A DNA stretch of 41,238 bases from Candidatus Woesearchaeota archaeon. Lineage in GTDB: Archaea > Nanobdellota > Nanobdellia > SCGC-AAA011-G17 > UBA489. This document shows positions 34,056 to 41,238 of the stretch, in pieces (positions within the stretch are counted from its first letter, which is position 1; each line of letters opens with the position of its first letter). The DNA is taken from the NCBI GenBank assembly GCA_016177265.1, contig JACOVP010000020.1, positions 1-41,238 of the forward strand, read 5' to 3'. Made by a program: the position numbers and the translations under genes. The notes beneath the pieces are model-generated. The model had not been told where the DNA came from, did no database searches, and saw only the letters and a program-made list of their open reading frames with translations.

Positions 34056-34325
34056 ATGGTCAAGATAGGCATTATCGGCGGTTCTGGACTGGATAACCCA
34101 AAGATACTCAAAGAGACAAAAGAACTGACATTCAACACCAACTATGGTCAGCCATCCTCTCCCATCACAACTGGAAAAATACGAGACGTTGAAGTAATGA
34201 TCCTTGCAAGGCATGGAAAAAAGCATACTATCATGCCAACCAATGATGTAAACCGTAACCTTTATATAGTATACATTTGTTCGTATACACATGAAGGATA
34301 TATTCGAAACCACGATGGTCTGTGA
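34056..34325 (+). pseudogene. truncated 5'-methylthioadenosine/purine nucleoside phosphorylase remnant (N-terminal about 65 aa only)
   Basis: MVKIGIIGGSGLDNPKILKE...NYGQPSSPITTGKIRDVEVMILARHGKKHTIMPTNDVN matches the MTAP/PNP N-terminus (GIIGGSG, RHG..H). Homology stops near 34255-34262, where the next gene's TATA box begins. The remainder to the stop is unrelated sequence. Confidence 0.7.
34261..34268 (+). promoter_or_regulatory. TATA box of the Zn-ribbon/AbrB gene (and probably cdc48)
   Basis: TTTATATA, 22 nt upstream of ATG 34291, exactly where MTAP homology ends. Confidence 0.5.
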
Positions 34326-34665
34326 AGATTGCGATCAGAAGACAGAGAAGATCATCACCAATAAGGAAGGCTTCCAGATACGTGCCTGGCGTTGTAAAGA
34401 ATGCCAAAAGCTCTGGCCCCACCCTTTAGATATGCAGGAGTATGAAAACTTCCAGAGGTTAAAAAACAAAGAATTCCAGGTCAAACTCCGCTTGGTCGGT
34501 AATTCCTATACAGTCTCCATCCCCAGAGAAATTATAGATTTTGAAGAGGAAATGCAGCGGGAAATTGATGATATGATCAGAATGACCTTAGAAGGCCCAG
34601 AAAAACTCAGCTTATTCTTCTCAGGCAAACTAAAAAGGTTTATTAACGATAATCACCCCAGGTAA
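34291..34665 (+). CDS. Zn-ribbon plus AbrB/SpoVT-like domain protein
   Basis: CEDCDQ...CKECQ zinc ribbon. VKLRLVGNSYTVSIPREII looped-hinge-helix (AbrB/MazE-like) motif. TTTATATA 22 nt upstream. Confidence 0.55.
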   Translation: MKDIFETTMVCEDCDQKTEKIITNKEGFQIRAWRCKECQKLWPHPLDMQEYENFQRLKNKEFQVKLRLVGNSYTVSIPREIIDFEEEMQREIDDMIRMTLEGPEKLSLFFSGKLKRFINDNHPR

Positions 34666-34670
34666 GAACT

Positions 34671-36953
34671 ATGGTACAGCAGCAAGAAGTCGTCCTCAAA
34701 GTCCAGGAAGCATTGCAGGAAGAGGCCTACAAAGGCATCGTCCGTGTAGACACCCAAACCATGCGTCAGATTGATGTTCGTGCAGGCGACATCATTGAGA
34801 TTGAAGGCAGTAGAAAAACTGTTGGCATCGTTGATCGTTCTTATCCCTCTGATATTGGTCAAAATATTATCCGCATGGACGGTATTTTACGTCGTAATGC
34901 AAAAACTGGTATTGGGGAAAATGTCAAAGTCAGAAGAGTGGAAGTAAAGGAGGCAAAATCCGTGACTATTGCTCCAGCACAGCAGGGCGTCATGATTCAA
35001 GCGAATAATGAATTATTTAAGCAAGGACTCTTAGGCAGAGCAGTCATTAAAGGTGATATTATCTCTCTAGGCGGTGCACGCAGAAGACGCAGAACATTGT
35101 CTGGCTCTTCATTTGATGATATCTTCAACGTCTTTGAAGAAGGCTTCATGGGTAATTTTGGCTTTGGGAGTTTGAAATTTATTGTTGCAGAATCCAATCC
35201 AAAAGCAGCAGTTATCATTACAGAAAATACTGAAGTCCGTGTTTCTTCCAAAGCACTCCAGGTGACTGAAGAGCGCATTCCTGATGTCACGTATGAAGAC
35301 ATTGGCGGGTTGGAAGAGGAAATCAAAAAACTGCGGGAGATGGTGGAACTGCCTATCAAGAACCCAGAGATCTTTGAGCGTCTCGGTGTTGAACCGCCCA
35401 AAGGAGTCTTGTTGTTCGGTCCACCAGGAACCGGGAAAACACTGTTGGCAAAAGCAGTCGCCACTGAATCTGAAGCAAACTTCTTGTTCGTGAACGCCCC
35501 AGAGCTGACGAGCAAGTACTACGGGGAAAGCGAGCGAAAAATTCGCGAGTTATTTGAGGAGGCAGAAAAAAATGCACCATCAATTATTTTCATAGACGAG
35601 ATTGATGCCGTTGCTCCAAAAAGAGAAGAGACCTATGGTGAAGTAGAGCGGAGAATGGTCGCACAATTGTTAAGCGTCATGGATGGCTTGAAGAGTCGTG
35701 GTAAGGTAGTTGTCATCGGTGCGACGAATCGTCCCAATAGTCTTGATCCAGCACTTCGTCGTCCAGGTCGTTTTGATCGTGAAATCCAGATCGGTGTTCC
35801 GAATAAAAAGGGTCGATTGAATATCTTGAAAATTCACACGCGTAACATGCCATTAACAAAAGATGTTCATCTAGACCATTTAGCAGATATCACCCACGGA
35901 TTTGTTGGTGCAGATCTGCAAGCTCTTTGTAAAGAAGCAGCCATGAATGTCATCCGTCGTATTCTGCCAGAATTGAAGTATGAAAGTGAAAAAATCCCAC
36001 CAGAAGTCTTGACAAAATTAAAAATTACTTCAGAAGATTTCAAAACAGCGCTCAAAATTGTCCGTCCTTCAGCATTACGAGAAGTCTTAATTGAAAAACC
36101 AAATGTCACCTGGAATGATATTGGCGGTTTGGAAGAGTTGAAGAGTCAATTAAAGGAAGCTATTGAATGGCCACTCAAAAATCCCAAGATGTTCACCCGC
36201 ATGGGTATCAAGCCTCCTCGTGGTATCCTGATGTATGGTCCTCCAGGCACAGGAAAAACCATGCTGGCAAAAGCTATAGCGCATGAAGCAGAAGCTAATT
36301 TTATTTCAGTCAAAGGTCCAGAGATCTTCAGCAAATGGGTAGGAGATAGCGAGAAAGCAGTTCGCAAGATTTTCGAAAAAGCTCGGCAAACTGCCCCAAC
36401 GATTATCTTCTTCGATGAAGTCGATGCGATTGCTCCACGTCGTGGTACTGATATAGGCTCTAAAGTAACAGAGCATGTAGTCAATACCTTGCTAGTAGAA
36501 ATGGATGGTCTCGAAGAATTGGCAGACGTTGTAGTTATTGCAGCAACCAACCGTCCAGATTTAGTTGATCCAAGTTTACTGCGTCCAGGAAGATTTGATC
36601 GCGTCATAGCGACGCCCATGCCAGGCAAAGAATCTCGAAAAAAGATTTTGCAAGTCCACATTGGGAAAATGCCTTTGGCAAAGGATATTGACATTGATAA
36701 ATTAGCAGGAAAAACTGAAAATTATAGCGGTGCAGATTTAGCTGGTGTTGTCCGTGAAGCAGCCATGATTGCGTTGCGAAAAAATGTAGAAGCGCAAGAA
36801 GTCACGAATGCGGACTTCGAAGAAGCTTTAAAGAAAATCCATCCTTCATTGAAAGATGAAGATTTGAAGAGATACAAAGAAGTCGAAGAAAAATACTTGC
36901 GAAAAGCAAAGATTGCTAATATTATTGTACCAAAGCCAAGTTATTTAGGTTAA
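34671..36953 (+). CDS. cdc48: CDC48/VCP-like AAA+ ATPase
   Basis: N-domain ([23 protein letters not shown]), two AAA modules each with GPPGTGKT, Walker B IIFIDEID / IIFFDEVD, and second-region-of-homology motifs. Confidence 0.95.
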   Translation: MVQQQEVVLKVQEALQEEAYKGIVRVDTQTMRQIDVRAGDIIEIEGSRKTVGIVDRSYPSDIGQNIIRMDGILRRNAKTGIGENVKVRRVEVKEAKSVTIAPAQQGVMIQANNELFKQGLLGRAVIKGDIISLGGARRRRRTLSGSSFDDIFNVFEEGFMGNFGFGSLKFIVAESNPKAAVIITENTEVRVSSKALQVTEERIPDVTYEDIGGLEEEIKKLREMVELPIKNPEIFERLGVEPPKGVLLFGPPGTGKTLLAKAVATESEANFLFVNAPELTSKYYGESERKIRELFEEAEKNAPSIIFIDEIDAVAPKREETYGEVERRMVAQLLSVMDGLKSRGKVVVIGATNRPNSLDPALRRPGRFDREIQIGVPNKKGRLNILKIHTRNMPLTKDVHLDHLADITHGFVGADLQALCKEAAMNVIRRILPELKYESEKIPPEVLTKLKITSEDFKTALKIVRPSALREVLIEKPNVTWNDIGGLEELKSQLKEAIEWPLKNPKMFTRMGIKPPRGILMYGPPGTGKTMLAKAIAHEAEANFISVKGPEIFSKWVGDSEKAVRKIFEKARQTAPTIIFFDEVDAIAPRRGTDIGSKVTEHVVNTLLVEMDGLEELADVVVIAATNRPDLVDPSLLRPGRFDRVIATPMPGKESRKKILQVHIGKMPLAKDIDIDKLAGKTENYSGADLAGVVREAAMIALRKNVEAQEVTNADFEEALKKIHPSLKDEDLKRYKEVEEKYLRKAKIANIIVPKPSYLG

Positions 36954-37273
36954 AGCTCAACTAGGAAAATACTCAAAATTCCTAAAAATATTCCTATCTT
37001 GTTAGCCAAGGATAACTGTTCATTAAAAAGGACCACTCCTGCTAAAGTAACGGCAATCAAATTCAAAATAGTAAAGATAGAAACTGCCTTAAATAAATAA
37101 TGATATCGTAAAGAGAATGCCCAAAAAACAGTGCCAACAAAATAAAACAATAAACCTACACCAAGAAGCAGATGCTTATTTCCTAATGACCATCGTTTAA
37201 AGAAAATATCCGCAAGAATTTCTAAAAAGACTGCAACTAAAATCAAGATGAAAAATAAAAATTTAGTATTCAT
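36950..37273 (-). CDS. small multidrug resistance (SMR/EmrE-like) 4-TM transporter
   Basis: 107 aa, four TM helices, membrane-embedded Glu in TM1 (AVFLEILADIFFK), LFNEQLS motif in TM3. Confidence 0.6.
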   Translation of the reverse strand: MNTKFLFFILILVAVFLEILADIFFKRWSLGNKHLLLGVGLLFYFVGTVFWAFSLRYHYLFKAVSIFTILNLIAVTLAGVVLFNEQLSLANKIGIFLGILSIFLVEL

Positions 37274-37279
37274 AATCTC

Positions 37280-38146
37280 TTATCTCGTTAACACGCCTTC
37301 TCCAACACTAAGTGTATGCTCTTCTTGCGTCACCATGCCTCCACTTCTTTCAGGAAGCTGTCCATATTGCATAAGCACACCTTCTTTTTCTAGATAATTA
37401 AGTAAAAATTGGTAATTAGGAATATGCTTCACCCACCTCACAGTAAAAGGTAGCGTTTTCCATTCTTTCAAAATATGCTGGATCATTTTTCTAGCCCCAT
37501 CTAAGCGAACAGGTTTCGGATTGACTAGCGCATAAATCCCAGAAGGCTTGCCATCTTTGATAAATCCCTCTCCATCAGTCACAAAAGGTTCTATAGCTAT
37601 TCTCTGCCCTTTGGTTAAAGTTGTTTGATCTCCATTGTCATAATTCGGAATCGTTGGTTTAGTATGCACTTCCCATGCACCAACACCATGACCACACAAA
37701 TTGCGAATAGGATTATAGCCATAAGGTTCGATAGCATTCTCTATGGCAGCCCCAATCTGGCAAACTTTGACTCCAGGTTTGACTACAGCAATCGCAGCTT
37801 CCACTGCAGCATGCACAGCCTCTCGCATTTTTTTATACTTCTCACTTTCCACTTCAATCGTGACAGCAGTATCTGTTACATAGCCATCAATATGAGTTCC
37901 TAAATCTAATTTTACTAAATCGCCTTTCTGCAAAACTATAGGATCATCAACAAAAGGCGCATAATGAGCAGCCATGGTATTCAAAGAAACATCAACTGGA
38001 AATGCTGGTTTTCCGCCTAATTCTAAAATCTTCTTCTCTATCTTATCGGCAATATCCACAATTTTCGCGCCAGGGACACAGAGCGTTTTCCCATATTCCC
38101 GTGCTTGGCTAGAAATCTTGCCTGAAAGAATCCAAGGTTGCTCCAT
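37280..38146 (-). CDS. map: methionine aminopeptidase, type 2 (archaeal)
   Basis: Pita-bread motifs DLVKLDLGTHIDGY, GHGVG, AIEPF plus a C-terminal type-2 helical insert. ATG 38146 (TTTTAAA-like box 22 nt upstream) preferred over track TTG 38185. Confidence 0.9.
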   Translation of the reverse strand: MEQPWILSGKISSQAREYGKTLCVPGAKIVDIADKIEKKILELGGKPAFPVDVSLNTMAAHYAPFVDDPIVLQKGDLVKLDLGTHIDGYVTDTAVTIEVESEKYKKMREAVHAAVEAAIAVVKPGVKVCQIGAAIENAIEPYGYNPIRNLCGHGVGAWEVHTKPTIPNYDNGDQTTLTKGQRIAIEPFVTDGEGFIKDGKPSGIYALVNPKPVRLDGARKMIQHILKEWKTLPFTVRWVKHIPNYQFLLNYLEKEGVLMQYGQLPERSGGMVTQEEHTLSVGEGVLTR

Positions 38147-38189
38147 AACTTGGCTCAAGAAAAAGTGCTTTAAAAGATTAACCAATAGC

Positions 38190-38197
38190 TTTATAAA
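38190..38197 (+). promoter_or_regulatory. TATA box of the NlpC/P60 gene
   Basis: TTTATAAA, 25 nt upstream of ATG 38223. Confidence 0.45.
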
Positions 38198-38222
38198 TAA
38201 TTAACTACTTAAGAGTAACTAT

Positions 38223-39017
38223 ATGAGACTCAAAAATCTGCTTCAGGGATTAGGTTTAGTAGCTTTGTTAGCTCAAGAAAAACCAAAGTATGAAATCAAT
38301 GAGTTTGGTAAAACTTATGCTTATGCTACAGAAGAGCAGAAAAAGCTTGTACAAGATGTCCTACAAGTCGCTACAAACATTGAAAATACCTATCGTAATT
38401 TCCCCTATGTCTGGGGTGGCGACGGGTTTGAACCTTTAGCAGAACAAAGGAAAAAATATGTCAAGCATAAATGTGTTACTGATGTACAACCTACTAAACC
38501 TCATAATTGGCGTTCTGGCCTCAAAACTGTGCCTGGTGTTGACTGCGCTGGATTAATCTTTCAAACTATACTCGCATTCAATGCACTAAAAGATCAAAAA
38601 GTAAACCTTCCTTATGGCCGTCTTACAGCAAAAGGCTACAAGACAACGACAGAGGAAGTAGTCAAGCCAGGATATAATAATCTTAAGGAAATCGTAGATA
38701 AAGCACGTCCAGCTGACTTAGTTTTCAAACATGAAGCTGATGGAGTCTCACATATCATGTTCTACATGGGCAACGGTGTTGTTCTCGAATCAGCAGGAAA
38801 AAAAGACAGAAGTCTTTTAAAACCTGTTCCAAAAAAAGATATGGATGAATGGAAAACCTTCTTCTGGTCAAGATCACCAGGCAAAACAGATGACGAACGT
38901 CTCGAAAACTATGGTGGTATCCAAGCAACATTCTTAAATAAAAAGTATGAAAAAGAAGCTTTGTCCGTTGGTCGTTGGAAAGAGTTCAAAGAGCAACCAA
39001 AAAAAGAAGAGAAATAA
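38223..39017 (+). CDS. NlpC/P60-family cysteine peptidase (cell-wall hydrolase-like)
   Basis: YVWGGDG, catalytic Cys in PGVDCAGLIF, His in GVSHIMFYMGNG, polar third residue in VVLESAG. Weak N-terminal signal sequence. TTTATAAA 25 nt upstream. Confidence 0.75.
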   Translation: MRLKNLLQGLGLVALLAQEKPKYEINEFGKTYAYATEEQKKLVQDVLQVATNIENTYRNFPYVWGGDGFEPLAEQRKKYVKHKCVTDVQPTKPHNWRSGLKTVPGVDCAGLIFQTILAFNALKDQKVNLPYGRLTAKGYKTTTEEVVKPGYNNLKEIVDKARPADLVFKHEADGVSHIMFYMGNGVVLESAGKKDRSLLKPVPKKDMDEWKTFFWSRSPGKTDDERLENYGGIQATFLNKKYEKEALSVGRWKEFKEQPKKEEK

Positions 39018-39677
39018 TTACTGAGGATAAAAAGAAGAGAGCGAAGTATTATTAGTTAGTAATTGTTGTGTCGGTTGAAACACAAAAGCTCGTTGATGAT
39101 CAAAATAGCCACACCTAATATGGTCCAACGAAAGATTGGTTCTTCTACTTAACATGAGTGCATAAAAATACACTTGTGTAGCTGCAAACTTTTCTTTAGC
39201 AGCATTTGGCTTATAATCCCAGATCCAAATCTTGTCTCCCTCAACTCGTAGCACATCAATATGCCCTGTTAAAGGTTTAGTGCTATCCATGACATTTTTA
39301 TAGCTTTCTAGTTCGTGCTTCTCCATCCATAAAGGAACTTCCATAGCAACTGTATGATTATCATGTTCCAGCATATACACCTGGACTTTTGAATGGTTGT
39401 CAGGAAACAGTTCTTTATTAAATTCCAATCCCAATCTCGCCAGCGTAGACACTTCATGCCCACTGACTTCAAGTGGATCACACGGCAACCGAAATTTCAA
39501 CATACTCCCTCTTGGTCCAATATTGAAGTACTCATCTGGCCGTCCATGAAAGACCTGTTGTAGAAAATCTTTGAGTGGGGCAAACCCATTCCCATTGCAT
39601 AAGAGATTGATCTTAGGCTCATGGACTCTATAACAGTAAAAGCCTCCTTTATGATTAAGCACAGTAGAGTGAATCAC
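39018..39677 (-). CDS. PD-(D/E)XK nuclease-superfamily protein (Cas4/RecB-like core without Cys cluster)
   Basis: GHIDVLRVEGDKIWIWDYKP (D ... D-x-K) followed by ATQVYFYALML (QxxxY), the order typical of Cas4/RecB-type nucleases. GTG start. Confidence 0.55.
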   Translation of the reverse strand: MIHSTVLNHKGGFYCYRVHEPKINLLCNGNGFAPLKDFLQQVFHGRPDEYFNIGPRGSMLKFRLPCDPLEVSGHEVSTLARLGLEFNKELFPDNHSKVQVYMLEHDNHTVAMEVPLWMEKHELESYKNVMDSTKPLTGHIDVLRVEGDKIWIWDYKPNAAKEKFAATQVYFYALMLSRRTNLSLDHIRCGYFDHQRAFVFQPTQQLLTNNTSLSSFYPQ

Positions 39678-39775
39678 CGTCTTTTTCCCTCGTAGAAGAT
39701 GCTAGAAAGAACCTCCATATAAAGGTTGAGGGAAAAAACAATATAAACATAAGTTCTCATACAAGAACGAAAAGC

Positions 39776-39783
39776 TTATATAT
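39776..39783 (+). promoter_or_regulatory. TATA box of the DUF4143 ATPase gene
   Basis: TTATATAT, 20 nt upstream of ATG 39804. Confidence 0.45.
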
Positions 39784-39803
39784 AAGTTCTCTTTAGGATA
39801 CGT

Positions 39804-41069
39804 ATGTCAACTCTCAGTGACGTCATGCGTTTGACTAATCCATGGTGGGAAGATCAGCAGATGAGCGATAAGCTTGCCTTGCCATATAAAAGAAAGGTGT
39901 TTGACAAAGTCCACAATCTAAGAAAATATAGACAGATGATTATTCTTACAGGTTTAAGGAGAGTGGGGAAAACAACGATACTGTACCAAGTAATACAAAC
40001 TCTGCTTAAGGAAATTGAGTCAAAAAAAATACTCTACTTTAATTTTGATAAGGAAGTAGCAGATATCTTGTCTATTTTTGAAGAATACTCCAGTCTTGCA
40101 GGAATAGATTACAGGAAAGAAAAAATCATCGTCTGTTTTGACGAAATAACAAAATTAAACAAATGGGCAAATCAATTGAAGTTGGTGTACGATGCAAATC
40201 CAAACATAAAGATATATCTCTCATCCTCAAGTAGTGTTCTTCTTGAAGAAGATGCTATAAAGAATCTGGGAGGAAGATATTTCTTGATTAGCATCAATCC
40301 TCTTTCATTCAGGGAATTTTTAGAATTAAGTGGTAAGAAGAATTTGCTTGAACATCATAAGCTCCACGAGCAGGCATTAAAAAGAGAATGCGCTGGATAT
40401 ATGCTCAGAAACTTTCCAGAAACAATCACATGGGAGAATGAATTAGTCATCAAAGACTATCTCAAAACGACCATCATTGATAAAATTATAAAGTCAGATC
40501 TTGCTGAACGATTTAAGAATCTCAATAAAGATTTATTATACACTTTAATCGAGTTGTTTTATAAAGATCCTGGCATGTATCTTGATTATGACAACTTGTC
40601 GAAAAGCCTCAGAATAAGCAAGAATACCCTCTATAAGCATATCTTCTATCTTGAATTCTGCTACCTCATCACCATTGTCAAAAATTACAGGCCAAGTACG
40701 CTGGCAACAACAAGAAAACTCCAAAGAGCATATCCCTATTGGTGGACAATGGCTTACTGCTATGGGGAGAATAAAGACAAGATGATGGAGGCGATTGTTA
40801 TCAATAGTATCGGAGGGAAGCATTACTGGAGAGATCTCAACAAAGAAATAGATGTCTTGCAGATCACAGGAAAGAAAATAATGCCCATTGAAGTCAAACA
40901 GAAAGAAAAACTCGATGACAGAGATATAATGACGCTAAAATTTTTTATGCAGAAATACAAAGTAAAGGAAGGAAAGCTCGTTTATCTTGGGAAAGAAGAT
41001 ACAAAACATTTTGAAGGTAAAAAAATAGAAATAGTTCCTCTATGGAAGTTTTTATTAGAACAGGAGTAA
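39804..41069 (+). CDS. AAA_14 plus DUF4143-type ATPase (COG1373-like)
   Basis: Walker [12 protein letters not shown], Walker [10 protein letters not shown]-terminal nuclease-like module E...EIDVL....IEVK, typical of this family. Confidence 0.75.
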   Translation: MSTLSDVMRLTNPWWEDQQMSDKLALPYKRKVFDKVHNLRKYRQMIILTGLRRVGKTTILYQVIQTLLKEIESKKILYFNFDKEVADILSIFEEYSSLAGIDYRKEKIIVCFDEITKLNKWANQLKLVYDANPNIKIYLSSSSSVLLEEDAIKNLGGRYFLISINPLSFREFLELSGKKNLLEHHKLHEQALKRECAGYMLRNFPETITWENELVIKDYLKTTIIDKIIKSDLAERFKNLNKDLLYTLIELFYKDPGMYLDYDNLSKSLRISKNTLYKHIFYLEFCYLITIVKNYRPSTLATTRKLQRAYPYWWTMAYCYGENKDKMMEAIVINSIGGKHYWRDLNKEIDVLQITGKKIMPIEVKQKEKLDDRDIMTLKFFMQKYKVKEGKLVYLGKEDTKHFEGKKIEIVPLWKFLLEQE

Positions 41070-41074
41070 ATACT

Positions 41075-41238
41075 ATGGGTGTCAACTTACGGGAAATCTT
41101 ACCGCGGAAAGAAATAACCTTTGAATTCTTAGCAGGCAAGAAGATAGCTATTGATTTTTCGAATTCAGCATATCAATTTTTAAGTAGTATCCGCCAGCCT
41201 GATGGCACCCCCCTGATGGATGCAAAAGGAAGAATTAC
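41075..41238 (+). CDS. fen: flap endonuclease 1, N-terminal part (runs off window end)
   Basis: Own translation: [54 protein letters not shown], the FEN1/XPG-N signature (MGV..., AIDxxNxxYQFL). Confidence 0.85.
   Translation, partial: MGVNLREILPRKEITFEFLAGKKIAIDFSNSAYQFLSSIRQPDGTPLMDAKGRI

Overview
AT-rich, very gene-dense archaeal chromosome segment. Archaeal hallmarks: CDC48/VCP, type-2 MetAP, FEN1, RadB-like ATPase, PAC2 chaperone, Xer-type recombinase, type IA topoisomerase, a tRNA with a bulge-helix-bulge intron, and TATA boxes 20-30 nt upstream of start codons. The compaction and gene content suggest a small-genome, DPANN-like archaeon (inference). Layout: (i) 1-5.5 kb: small toxin/antitoxin-like genes, xerA-like recombinase, PAC2, hypotheticals, intron-containing tRNA-Lys(CUU) abutting a Toprim gene. 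(ii) 5.4-13.2 kb, minus strand: a 7-gene wHTH / vWA / vWA / coiled-coil / membrane / MoxR / DUF58 (Bat-like) operon. (iii) serS. (iv) 15.0-29.1 kb: the most unusual part. A phased array of six 24-nt boxes (52-bp period) precedes an operon encoding a tandem sigma-4/LuxR-like HTH protein, a translationally coupled single-pass membrane protein, two about 1500-aa paralogous secreted proteins (8-Cys modules, Ig-like repeats, extreme N-glycosylation sequon density), a 346-aa stand-alone copy of their C-terminal domain, and two C-terminally anchored proteins. The three C-terminal domains share a near-identical 194-198 nt block, which suggests gene conversion. (v) A solo TnpB-like gene whose canonical RuvC-II glutamate position is Gly. 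(vi) topA, radB-like, PIN/UPF0175 pair, a truncated MTA-phosphorylase remnant, Zn-ribbon/AbrB gene, cdc48, SMR transporter, map, an NlpC/P60 peptidase, a PD-(D/E)XK nuclease divergent from a DUF4143-type ATPase, and the 5' end of fen. No rRNA, CRISPR array or cas genes seen. All functional calls come from motif recognition by eye; no database search was possible.
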